Made by a program: the position numbers and the translations under genes. The notes below the pieces were generated by a model. The model was not told the DNA's origin and did not search any database. It saw nothing but the letters and a program-made list of their open reading frames with translations. From Octopus sinensis (taxonomy: Eukaryota), in assembly GCF_006345805.1 (NCBI RefSeq), contig NC_043021.1:7006001-7070000 (forward strand): DNA of 64,000 bases, read 5' to 3'. This document shows positions 1-11,649 of this stretch, one piece after another (position 1 is the first letter of the stretch; each line of letters starts with the position of its first letter).

Positions 1-177
1 GTGTGTGTGTATATAAAGGGTGTGATCTTTTGTATTAGGTACATATAATGGTGGACAACAAATTGAAAGGAAAATAACTGCCAAGTCATTATACAGTCAG
101 ATTTATCTTGCAATCCAAAATACCTCATTTCATGGAACATTAGCAAACCTTTTTCTTTCTGCTTCTCTCCATTCCAT

Positions 178-500
178 ATCATCATCATCATCGTCATCGT
201 TGTTTAACATCTGCCTTCCATGCTAGCATGAGTAAGAAGGTTTCACAAGAGCTGGCCAGCAGAAATCTGCACTAGACTTTCTGTGACTGTTTTAGCAGGA
301 TTTTTACAGCTGGATGCTCTTTCTAACACCAGCCACTCAGCAGAGTGGACTTAGTGCTTTTTGTGTGGCACAAGCACAAGTGAGGTCAGTTTTGGCAAGG
401 TTTTTACAGCTGGATGCCCTTCCGAACACCAACCACTTTACAGCGTGGAGTGGATGCTTTTAAGTGGCACCTGCACTGACAGGATCACCAAGTACTTACA
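178..500 (-). mobile_element. Degraded RTE-LINE 3' end / RTE-tail non-autonomous element
   Basis: (CAT)n followed by gtttaacatctgccttccatgctagcatg, the reverse complement of the family tail catgctagcatggaaa.cggacgttaaacgatgatgatg seen many times in this window. Confidence 0.7.
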
Positions 501-686
501 AGACAAAAAAAAAAGAAAATTTCAGGAGGGGAGGGGACATTGGAGGATGTGATCTTGTGTTGGATGATGAAAGGTTATAGTGATATTTGTGTGTGTGTGT
601 CTATGAATTTGTATGCGAATTACATAGTTGTCCCCATCATAATGGCTACTTACAACATCACGCACTCTCATACATTAAGCACAGGT

Positions 687-889
687 AGCCTCATCTGGCA
701 CCTGTGCCAGTGGTACATAAAAAGCACCCACTACACTCATGGAGTGGTTGGCGTTAGGAAGGGCATTCAGCCGTAGAAACATTGCCAGATCAGACTGGGC
801 CTGGTGCAGCCTTCTGGCTTTCCAGATCCCAGTTGAACCGTCCAACCCATGCCAGCATGGAAAGCAGACGCTAAATGATGATGATGATG
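687..889 (+). mobile_element. RTE-LINE 3' end fragment with (GAT)n tail
   Basis: ggagtggttggcgttaggaagggcat...ccgtccaacccatgccagcatggaaagcagacgctaaatgatgatgatg; matches copies at 41.8, 47.9 and 49.2 kb. Confidence 0.8.
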
Positions 890-1078
890 TATGGAACTTT
901 GGACAATCTCATCTCAGATTATTTTCAAGAGTTTACTTGGTGCCATTATCACAAACATATGGTTTGAGTGGATTTTCTACAAATTAAGGGCTGGTTTTGT
1001 TGTGTAGTAGTTTGGCATATTTCTTTCCAATTTGTTGTGCATTGAATGAAAGATTGCTGAAAAGCCTGTATACATGTA

Positions 1079-1470
1079 GAGGCAGGTGTGGCTGTGGTAA
1101 GAAGCTTGCTTCCCAATCACATGATTCTCAGTTTTGTCTCACTGCATGGCACCTTGAGCAAGTGTCTTCTATTATTGCCTCTAGCTGACTAAAGCCTTGT
1201 GAGTGGATTTGGTTGATGGAAACTAAAAGAAGCCCATTATATATATTTACATGCGTGTGTCTGTGTTTGTTCCCCCCGCCCTCTGCTCATCACTTGACAA
1301 CCAATGTTGGTGTGTTTACATTCCTGTAACTTAGCAGTTTGGCAAAAGAAATGAATAGAATAAGTACCAAGCTTCTAAAAAAATGAGTCCTGGGGTGATT
1401 TATCCAACAAAAACCTTTCAAGGTGTTAACCCCGCATGGCCACAGTCAAATGACCGAGACAGATGAAAAG
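1079..1470 (+). mobile_element. tRNA-headed CORE-type SINE (family A), degraded
   Basis: Matches the near-intact copy at 32294-32706: head, ccttgagcaagtgtctt core, microsatellite, 3' half. Confidence 0.8.
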
Positions 1471-2417
1471 TAAATGGTCTATGCACATGTTTATATATGT
1501 GTGTGTGTTTTACCAATATATAAAGGTAAAAAATGTAAACATTATAGAGAAACAGAAAAACTAGTACTGTCAAATAAAAATACCCTTGGTAATATTTGTT
1601 CCTAACCAAGTTCCACAGACAATCCCTTATCCCTCTCACTTTCAGTAATGTTATGAACTGATGACTAGTTCATTGGAAACCTGTAACCACCGACGCTATT
1701 GTTAACCAAATACAATATATAAAATAATAGGGTTAAATAAAACGAGTCTTTTCTAAGTTAGTTGCTTATTATTAAATATTTATTGTATTTATGATTCATT
1801 AATCCATATTGTCTCATTTAAACCAACCAATTAACCAACCACCTAACCACCCAGCCATACACGTTCATGGTTTCTAGTATTGTCTTCTCCACCTGAGTTT
1901 CAACTTTTGTTCTGCTGTTTTGCTCTAGATTAAGTTTTCTCTCATGAGAGCTGAATTGTCTATAAAATAAGAATAAAAAAAAAGTGTGTATATTGAGAAA
2001 TCAGTCATTGGATGAACTAAATCTAGAAATATTTACAAATATATTTATAATATCTATTTTTTTCTTTGTCATATAATTTTATTCTTTTGTGTTCCAGTAA
2101 ATGTTGTGGCCATGCTAGAGCATATATATTATATGTATGTGTACACGCACACTCACACACACACTCTCTCTCTCACACATATGTATTTATTATTTTTATA
2201 CTAGAATGTTTCCATCGCTGCTCATTACTGCCATTACTTCATCTTCTGTTTTGTTGTTTCTGTATGAGCTTTGGCTCCTTAGAATGGTTTAGCCTTGAGC
2301 TGTGTTTTACTGGGGTTATTTCTATATTCAAATAATTTTTCTACAAACAAAACGTCAACCACTTAGCTATCATCATCATCAATATCACCTTCATCTACTT
2401 TATCTTTTATCTACTTA

Positions 2418-2804
2418 CTAGCAGTATCGCCCGGCGTTGCTCAGGTTTGTAAGGAAAATAACTATAAAGCATATTTAGATATTTATAGCCAAAAAATAGC
2501 AAAAAAATGGAAAAAAAATGATGGTAAATTTTTTTTTGAGAGTAAAAAAAGTTTGAGTTGCGTCCCCTAGACAGTCTGTGGTTTATTTTTTTTTATTCTC
2601 GACCCCATGTCGAATTTATCGATTTTTTTCAGAACTGGGGGAACTTTTCAAAATTTTCGCTGCGTTAGTTTTGAATTATGACATTGGGCTATGTGTGTGT
2701 CAAGTTTCATCAGAATCGGTTGAAAGCCGTGGTCAGGGTGAGGGTACAAGCAAACAGACACACAGAAACACGCACAGACAAACTGCCGTTTATATATAGA
2801 GAGA
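2418..2804 (-). mobile_element. Non-autonomous Helitron (subfamily 1)
   Basis: Minus strand begins TC(TC)n and ends with a GC-rich hairpin (remnant of cccgg-gcaacg-ccggg) then CTAG; inserted between A and T with no TSD; near-identical to 40178-40560. Confidence 0.8.
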
Positions 2805-2807
2805 TAT

Positions 2808-3498
2808 TAGTGACTAGCAGCATAGCCCAGCGTTGCCCGGGTATGTAAGAACCCTTAGTAGGCAACGACTTGCGGCTGCAGCTGCGATTAGTAGAAGTAT
2901 GCCAAGGTTATGTTGTCTGGTCATGTTTTGTCTCGTTGACTGCTTGAAGTGGCGGAATTTATAAATTTTTTTCAGAACTGGGGGAACATTTCAAAATTTT
3001 CGCTGCGTTAGTTTTGAATTATGACATTGGGCTGTGTGTGTGTCAAGTTTCATCAGAATCGGTTGAAAGCCGTGGTCAGGGTGAGGGTACAACCTGACAG
3101 ACACACAGACAGACAACCTGCCTTTTATATATAGAGAAGATTCCCAGCCATTTTTTTTACCTACAGACCCTTTTGATTGCTATTTTCTTCTGGTGGACCC
3201 CCATAGCAATTCAATGTTTAAAAACTAGTTTCATAGATACTTACAAAATTCCTATTTTGCTGTTTACCCATTAACTTGTGTAGGTTGAACTATGTAAAAC
3301 GTTAGATAGAGAAAGAAATCTTGCTGTTTCTTGCAATAAATACATCATCTAAAGCAAAATTTTTTCATGGATCCTTAGAATATTACTGCAGGTACCCAAT
3401 TTACTATTTTGTTTGTGTGGACCCCAAAAATGTTGTATGGATCCCCAGGGGTCATAAGGACTCCCAGGTATCATTTTGACCTTGGTTGAGAGCTATGG
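2808..3498. mobile_element. hAT-like MITE whose left TIR is split by a Helitron
   Basis: Removing 2814-3140 restores tagtga|ttcccagccattttttttacc, matching the TIR cagtgattctcaaccatttttt at 48633; right end ggttgagagctatgg. Confidence 0.6.
2814..3140 (-). mobile_element. Non-autonomous Helitron (subfamily 2, internally deleted)
   Basis: Same TC...hairpin-CTAG termini and A|T target; deletion derivative of 27721-28130. Confidence 0.8.
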
Positions 3499-4302
3499 AT
3501 GTACACAATAGAATCAATAGAGCATCAGGCCAAAAGAAAAAATGTTCTATTTATTTGCATTCCTTTACATTCTGAGTTCAATTCTGTTCTATTAAAGCTG
3601 GTCATTATTCCTAAACTGATGGCACTTGAGGATTGGTCAAACACAGACAAAATGATTTTCAGTAATTCATTACATATCTTTAAGTTTTCAGTTCAAACCT
3701 TGCTAAAGTCAAGTTTACTTGCCATAATTCCGCTACGTCATTCTTTTTTTTTCTGAGGTTTAGAGAACCTCAGAAAGAAGAATGTCAGTATCAATTGATA
3801 AAATAGTCTCTATGTAATGGACTATGTAACCCTAGAAGATGGTGCCCTGAAGCATGGCAACAGTCCAGTAACTGAAACCAGTAAAAGACTAAAGAACATT
3901 AGATGACTGTAAAACTATTTCTTGCCAGCCCATTTTATTCTCAAACTAAATGTCCTTTTGTGAAGAATGAAGTTGGTTTTTTATCATCATTCACGTGGTT
4001 GCTAATTCTTCAGCTAAATATCACAGGTCAGTGAGGCTGATGCTACTCACATTATACAAGCCAATGGCACATTCCTCAGTAGTTATTTAAATTGCTAGAA
4101 AAAGCAGCCAAATGTCTAGAACCATATTCTATCTCAGTGGTTCTCAACCATTTTTTACTTATGGACCTGTTTATTCCTATTTTATTCTACTGGACCATGT
4201 TTTTTTATCTGCTGGAGGACTAACCTGGAACTAAATAGCAACAGTCATTGAAGCAAAACATTTAGACATGATTAATGATTCTGCAGTTAACCTGTAGATA
4301 AA

Positions 4303-4590
4303 GTGCAGGCATGGTTGTGTGGTAAGAAGTTTGCTTCCCAACCACATGGTTCTGGGTTCAGTCCCACTGTGTAGCACCTTGGGGCAAGTCTTCTCCTGTA
4401 GCCTTGGGCTCACCAAAGCCTTGTGAATCGATTTGGTTGATGAAGCTGAAAGAAGCCTGTCGTATATGTATAAATATGTGTGTGTGTGTGTGTTTGTGTT
4501 TGTCTCCCACCATTGCTTGACAACTGGTGTTGGTTTGTTATGTCCCTGTAACTTAATGGTTTGGCGAAAGAAGTGATAGAATATTTACCA
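4303..4590 (+). mobile_element. CORE-type SINE (family A), 3' truncated
   Basis: gcaggcatggttgtgtggtaagaagtttgcttcccaaccacatggttctgggttcagtcccactg...ccttggggcaagtcttc. Confidence 0.8.
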
Positions 4591-4794
4591 AACAATTCAT
4601 ACTACATTAGCTCAATCTACCTAGCGACCTGGAATTTGTAATGAGATCACCATGGAAGGTTATCTGCAATAAGCCTATGCTCTATCCAGTGTGTGTATGT
4701 GTGTGGTGGGAGAGCATTTACCTCATTTGCTTAACACTTTGAAATTCACAGGGGGCTTGAGAAGCATCTGTTAATTATAAACACTCGTTCTTAG

Positions 4795-5014
4795 CCCTTT
4801 AGCATTCAGTTTTCCTTGTCAAATGTATTGCTTATTTATTCACATTGATTTGAATTAGTCAGTCATGCATTACCTTGCAGCTTTGAGAGTTCAATGATGT
4901 GATTGTTATTTTCAGAATAATATTGTAGAAGTGTGAGAAGCCAGATCTGGCCAGTTTGAACATAAAATAGGTAGAATATCTTGGCCAGGTGTGGCTGGTT
5001 TAAATGCTAAAGGG
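4795..5014. mobile_element. piggyBac-like MITE (family P2)
   Basis: TIRs ccctttagcatt / aatgctaaaggg; flanks TTAG (mutated) and TTAA; matches 51107-51327. Confidence 0.75.
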
Positions 5015-5430
5015 TTAAAGACCTTTACACATTTAGGGAGCAAAAGTTCTAGATTGCTTAATTACTGTCTCCACATTTAGAGGTAGGTTGTCATAAGCTG
5101 AGATTGCCTCTTGGGATATTTATTAGTTCTTCATTAGCTGTTCAGGTTAATTGGATAAAGATAAAAATGGTGTAACTCCTACAAGTATTAAGTTCTTTTC
5201 ATTTGGCAAATGAAGAGGAACGGCTCCCATTACTGGGTTGGGGAGATGTGAGGATAACTGAAGGGGTAAAGTTGATGTGATTAATTTTCAGTTTCAACTG
5301 TCCGATGAACGGTCATCTATATAATTATATTGTTCTGTTAGTCATGACATGTCTTGTCATTGAGTGTTATGCTTTACACCATTTTAACTTGTGGAGTGAA
5401 ACTGAAGACTCACTCAAAATCTTTAACATA

Positions 5431-5727
5431 CTCTTTACTCTTTTACTTGTTTTCCTCATTTGACTGCGGCCATGCTGAAGCACCACCTTCAATCGAGCAA
5501 CTTGACCCCGGGACTTATTCTTTTGTAAGCCCAGTACTTATTCTGTCGGTCATACATATATACAACGGGCTTCTTTCAGTTTCCGTCTACCAAATCCACT
5601 CACAAGGCTTTGGTCGGCCCGAGGCTATAGTAGAAGACACTTGCCCAAGGTGCCACGCAGTGGGACTGAACCCGGAACCATGTGGTTGGTTAGCAAGCTA
5701 TTTACCACACAGCCACTCCTGCGCCAT
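5431..5727 (-). mobile_element. CORE-type SINE (family A), internally deleted
   Basis: High identity to 45626-46007 but lacks the middle segment; source of ORF-track entry 5354-5761. Confidence 0.85.
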
Positions 5728-5744
5728 ACTTAATATTTCTTCTG

Positions 5745-6745
5745 GCTCTTTTATGTTCTGAGTTCAAGTCTTGTTGAGGTCAACTTGGCCTTCCATCCTT
5801 TTAGGGTTAATAAGATAAAAGTATCTGTCAAATACTGGGGGACAATGTAATTGACAACCTTCTCCCCCTAAAATTACTGGCTTTGTGTCAAAATTTAAAG
5901 CAATTATCAATATCATTATTATTATTATGGTGGTGAGCTAGCAAAATCGTTAGCATCCTGTGTGAAATGCTTTGTGGTATTCCATCTGCTGCTACATTCT
6001 GAGTTCAAATCCCACCGAGGTTGACTTTGCCTTTCATCCTTTCAGGGTTGATAAATTAAGTACCAGTCAAACTGGTAGAATTGTTAGCATGCCAGGCAAA
6101 ATGGTAGCATTTCATCCATCTTCATGTTCTGAGCTCAAATTTCACTGAAGTTGACTTTGTCTTTTATCCTTTCGAGGTCGATAAAATAGGTACCAGTTGA
6201 GTGCTGGGGGGTGTCAATGTAGTTACTTACTTCCTCCCACAAAACTGCTGGCCTTGTGCCAAAATTTGAAATCATTATTATTGTGATTATTATTATTATT
6301 ATTATTATTAAGGTCATACACTGGCAGAATCATTAGCATACCGGGCAAAATGCTTAGCGGTATTTTGCTGATCCCTTATGTACTGAGTTCAAATTCAGCC
6401 AAGGTTGACTTTGCCTTTCGTCCGTTCAGGGTCGATAAATTAAGTACTGGTTGAGTACTGGGGTTGATGTAATTGCCTTAACCCTTCCCCCCCAAATTCT
6501 AAGCCTTAAGCCTATAGTAGAAAGAATTATTATTATTATTATTATTAAGGTGGTGAGCTGGTAGAACTGTTAGTATGCCAGGCAAACTGCTGTCATTTCG
6601 TCTGCTTTTAATTTTGAACTTTTCATATTTTGCCAAAATTGACTTTGCTTTTCATCTTTTGGTTGATAAAATAATTTCCATTTCAGTGCTAGTCCCCTCC
6701 CACCAAATTACAGACCTTGTGTCTTTAGGTGAAAGGATTATTATT
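5745..6745 (+). mobile_element. Head-to-tail array of about 5 family B SINEs separated by (ATT)n
   Basis: Repeated ggtgagctggcagaatc...gagttcaaat...gaggtcgactttgcctttcatcctttc.gggtcgataaa..aagtacc units; the central domain resembles the Meta domain of SINEs (from memory). Confidence 0.8.
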
Positions 6746-6747
6746 AT

Positions 6748-7117
6748 TATTACCTCCGCCTTAGTGAAGGCAGAGGTATTGTTTTCAATCGTGTATGCTT
6801 GTTTGTCCGTGGACAAGATATCTCAAGAACTGCTGGATGGATTTGGATGAAACTTTCAGGGATGTTTGGCCTCATAACTGGCATGGACTGATTAGATTTT
6901 GGGATGAATCCGGTACTGGACAAGGATTCTGGATTATTTTTCCTTCTTTTTTTTTACTTAATTATTGAGAGTGGTGGGATTCATTTTTAGTATTCTCATT
7001 TGTGAGAGCAGTTGGGTTTATTTCAGATATTCTCATTTTAAAAATCATCTCCAGCTGATTGTTGAGAGGATATTGGTGTTCCTTGGCAGAGGTTTGCGCT
7101 CTCTGAGTGCTCTTGTT
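6748..7117 (+). mobile_element. Helentron-type non-autonomous element (HINE/DINE-1-like)
   Basis: 5' acctccgcc(tt) within a stem-loop; 3' subterminal inverted copy ccttggcagaggt (7081-7093); terminal hairpin gcgctc-tct-gagtgc (7096-7110); T-rich flanks. Confidence 0.7.
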
Positions 7118-7575
7118 ATTATTAACGTTATTACTGTTAATATCATTACTGTTATTGCTGTTTCAGACGATAAATATGGGCGGATTGCCAAATTGTGAAA
7201 AAAGAAAAAAGAAAAATCCTTCCTCCCCTCCATGTATACAAGCAAACAATAAAAAATATTTAGCTCATAACATGGAGTTGAACCTGTTTTGCTTGCTTGT
7301 CAAACAAGTTAGCCACCTTTTTATAGGGTACGCTTGCATTGACATCTCTCTCTGTCTCTCTCTCTCTTTGGATTTTTAGTCACTCTTCCAGAATGCTTTA
7401 TAAGAAAGAAAAACAAACTGAATGTGTTCCATTTCTATAGAACCAAATAATGGCATGGTTACAACCTTTAGTCAATAAAAACTATATGGGCAGTAAAAAA
7501 AAAAATAATAATAATTGACAGTAAAGAAACAAATTAGTTTTTGCTATTTACTTTTTGTTAGTTAAATTTTATGCA

Positions 7576-7794
7576 CAAGTGAGTGCTGAAAAGTTCCTGG
7601 GTTTCGGTAAAAGAAAACACAGGAGGATCAGTTAATTATGATTTTATTCAACATATTCCCCTCTCAGATCCACAGACATATTGCTATGGCCCTTCAGTTT
7701 TTTTAAGCCCTATAAAAGAATGTGAAAAATTGGACCTCCAACCAGGCCTGTAATGATACCCTTAAAACCGGGAACTTTCCAGCACCCACTCCTG
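7576..7794. mobile_element. Mariner-like MITE
   Basis: TIRs gagtgctgaaaagttcctgg / ccgggaactttccagcacccactc. Confidence 0.65.
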
Positions 7795-8306
7795 AATAAA
7801 ACAACTGTTTTACTAGAAATTGCCATTATGAAGGGTCGTTCGTTATGTTACTTGTCTTGTTTTTCCATTTGTTTCTTTCGTTGTTGCAAAAAAAAAAAAA
7901 AACGTTCATATTCCATGTATACGTATTTCGTATCTAATGTTTTCATTTTTTTATGGTCTTTACGTTCTGTGATGTCCTCTGCGCACATATGCATATGTAT
8001 ATATGTATAGATATAAATATGTAAACATAGGTGTGTGTGTGTATATATGTATGTAAGGAGCTGAACCCTAATTATAATTATGTGGATAATTTTACCTGTA
8101 AAGGTTATTTTAACGTACCGATCTACTTGGTAAAATTGTTAATTAATTAATTAATTGATTGATTAATTTGATTAATAAATTTTACCCTTCTATTATATGT
8201 ATGTATATATATGTGGGTGGAAGCTTTTCAGGGCAAAATGGACAGTATTGGGTTTGAAGTGAAACAATTATAGGCAAATTCTCAATTTTACAACCTGAAG
8301 GCAGAA

Positions 8307-8435
8307 GTATAGTCATCACTAAAGTGATTAAGGGCCCTAATCAGTACCAGTGCTTTTCGTGGCTATTGATTTCTTTTGGCTCTCGTTTCTAACAATACTG
8401 ATTAGTACCCTTAGTCACTTTAGTGATGTCTATAC
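8307..8435. repeat. Inverted repeat with 40-bp arms (4 mismatches) and 49-bp spacer; probable miniature TIR element
   Basis: gtatagtcatcactaaagtgattaagggccctaatcagta versus the reverse complement of 8396-8435. Confidence 0.8.
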
Positions 8436-8600
8436 ACACACACACATGTATGTGTGTCTTTTAATATTTTGCTTATGCATTGTGATACTAATAGCTTGGT
8501 GTAGAACTCAATGTATGTATGCTTCTGAATGAAGAGTTAGTCAAGTACAGAGTGGTAATGAGAAAAGAGATGATAAAGAATAGACAATTATCTTATGAAC

Positions 8601-8808
8601 TTCATTAGCTTACAGCTGCTTCCACCATAAGACATGGTGCGCTCATAATTGAGTGCCTGAGTAACTAACACCTTACAGTTTCATCAGAGCCTCAAAAAAA
8701 AAATGTGCACTTCATATTTGAGGGTCTGATGAAACTTTAAGGTGTTACTCAGGCACTCACTTATGAGTCTACCATATCTTGTAGTTGAAACAGCTGTAAG
8801 CTAATGAA
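8601..8808. repeat. Long palindrome, arms about 94 bp, about 87% identical, about 20-bp spacer
   Basis: Arms 8601-8696 and 8717-8808 are reverse complements, with about 11 substitutions and one 4-bp indel. Confidence 0.9.
8722..8802 (+). ncRNA. Type I hammerhead ribozyme-like motif (Penelope-like class), probably degraded
   Basis: CTGATGA 8726-8732; stem II AACT.../...AGTT; GAAA 8787-8790; palindromic stem III ACAGCTGT; GTA triplet 8796-8798; one stem I mismatch that is repaired in the opposite arm. Confidence 0.45.
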
Positions 8809-11649
8809 AATCACTCGATAATCTTTTATGCCTTTGTCATCTCTTTTCTTTTATATATATATATATATATATTGCAGACATTACACATCTCTGACAATAT
8901 CATAGAATGTTCTAATGTGTCTTCTTTTGAAATGGTAGGATTTGATTTGACGGATTCGGTCACTTTTCTCTGGCAAGTATAGCTGCCCCTCATTATCTCT
9001 CTCTACTACTATGTCAGTCAGTTTCATTGAGATACCTGTCACCTCTCGCCTGCATTACTTTTCTATCTTTTCATATTTCTACATATTCAGAAAACAGGTA
9101 AAAGAGAAATGATTAAAAAAATTGTCTGCATTTTTGTTTTGATTCTCTGTCATTACTCCACTGAGAGCGAGCGAGTCAGGGAGTCTGTCTGCGTGGCTCA
9201 GAGGTGGGGAATTAACTGACATTTTTTGCCAGGAATGTGGCACACGTGAATCCTGTGAACCTGTCTTTGGCAATGCGACAGTTAAACATAATGATGATAA
9301 TTGCTGTTTGCAAATACTCTGTACTCCTCCGCAGCCACCTGCTTGTTCTACCCCTTTCCCCTACCCCAGTTAAGAAGCAGTTAATTGATTTGTACTAGAC
9401 CGCCTGAGAATGTAAATACCCTCTCTTCACTTCTATAACCGCATTCCCTCTGTCCCAACACCATCCGTTTCTGTCCGCTTTGCTAAAATGACATGACTCA
9501 GTGACACACATTTTTCAGCTTTACACTTGGTTACCTAACCTACAACAGATCTTCTTTGGCATCCTCTTCCATTTCCATAAAGGGTAGTCCCACAATGGAA
9601 AAGATGCTGTGCACACACCATTGGTTGGTTCACTTTCTCCATCAGTTGACCAGCCAATCTCTATCTAGTGACAAGGTTTCCAGCTTTGTTAACAGTAATA
9701 TTGCATCTGGTTAGATCTGCATTTATTTTAAAACATATGTCTTTTGCAAAGTTCCTCCAAATGAATTAGGCTCTGTCACTTTCCTTGTGATTGGTGGTAT
9801 ATTTGGTCTTCCCAAAGCTTGTCCAATTAAAATTCAATCTCTTTGAATGTAAAATGCAGTCATCTGAGAAAGTCTACGCTTGTGCGATTAGCCATTCAAG
9901 AGGTCTGTGAGGCAGTGTAAGTGCCTTTATGTGGTTGCTTAACCAGCTTGAAATAGCAACCAATTCTTAGGTAAATGATACTTTATACCGTCTTCGAAAA
10001 GGAACGACCTGTTTGATAGTGTAACCCTAGATATACTATGTATAAAGAGATCATCACAGCTACAATGCCTTCGATTATAGGTCTGCTTGATCAGTGCTAT
10101 TCTAGATCTGAGCAACAGGGAGCTAACTACTGAAATATGGTGATTTTAAATAGATTGCCACTGATCCATCAAAGTCATCGGTAGAGTCCTTCTTCCTTCT
10201 TTTTCAAAATATTCCATTTCCTTCAGTCTGAAAATTCAAACAAGTGCTCTTTCACTCTGAAGTTCCAGCTTTGGTTGTCAATTTTACCCACTTTGCATTA
10301 GTATAAGGTACATTATTAATAGTGATTTTTAATAGATTTATGGATGTAGTTCACCCATCTCTATAGCTGCTCAATGCGAGGTAGGCTTAGCCTGCTATTG
10401 TGTTGAACACTAGACCTTACTGGAGATGTTATCTTATGGAAATTTCAACACCCTAATAGAGAATGAAGATTACTCAGGTACATAAACTGAGCTGTTGCGA
10501 TGATTGTAGTGTTTAGACCTAGATCACATTTGTCCACTTCCAGTCAGGGAAAATATATGATAAATGATGTTCAAACAGTGACTAATCCATTTTACAGATA
10601 TGTCAGAGTCACACTATCCTGGCTTACGCATGGTAGTGTGTGATTTGAAGGATATCTAGCTACTGTTTCTATTTGTTATGGTTGCATGGGTTTTTTTGTT
10701 TTTTTTGCTTCTGCTATCAGAAATGTCACCACCATGTAATAGTGCAAGTTTTACCTGTCACTTCCTTTCAGCTGTGTGCATGTGTGTTTGCTTCATGTTG
10801 TTATCTCTTTTCACTCACATTTCTCTGGTTCATCTAATCTAATTTAATCTAATATTGGTTGGCAGACTGCTGTTATGGTGTTGGCATAAATTGTTGAGGA
10901 ACTAGTGTTTCTACCATGGAAACCTGCTGCTGGTAATGTTCGTAGTAGTATTAGTGGTAGTAACAAAAGTAGTAGTAGTAGCAGCAGCAGCAGCAAATAG
11001 TTGATTCATAGACAAGTAATCTCAACCAGTCTTGTGGTGTGGCATCAACATTTCCTGATATCAGATACTATTAACAAATTTCTTATTCTTTTATTTATAC
11101 TAAGACATTTTATTCCTTTAGACTTAGATATTTACTTCTACTTTATCTTGAAACTTACTTATTTTCTTCTGTTTTCATCGTTCAAACTCAGTAATTTTGA
11201 TTCCTTCAATTTTGGCCATCTTGATTCCTTCAGTCTGGGTAATTTTCATTTCTTGAAACACATTTATTTTCCTCCTTCAAACTTAGCTATTTTCTCCTAA
11301 TTCTTGTTTTCAACTGAATAATCTATTTAGAATTATTTATAGATAAAAAAACAAAACAAATTGAAATGAACAAAATAAATAGGTTTTATACCAGGCAGCT
11401 TAAAGAGGTGATGGTTTTATGTTATTCTTTATAGAAATATTTTATATTTTGATACTTATTGCAGGTTTGATGGTTATAATACTCTATTAATGAATAAATA
11501 CATTTTCAATTATCCACAAGTCAAAAGAGTTATATTGGAGTAGGACCAGTGATCCTCAATAAACTCTGCACAGTCTTTGAAATGATGTCTAGGATACCAT
11601 ATGTTGTCTGTTTATAGTACTACTGTTGTCTTACATCAGTGCTTCTTAA

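Noticed and set aside
2578-2799. Recurrent peptide FSTPCRIYRFFSELGELFKIFAALVLNYDIGL (also at 27832 and 40427)
   Set aside because: It recurs only because it is the body of the non-autonomous Helitron; no Rep or helicase motifs
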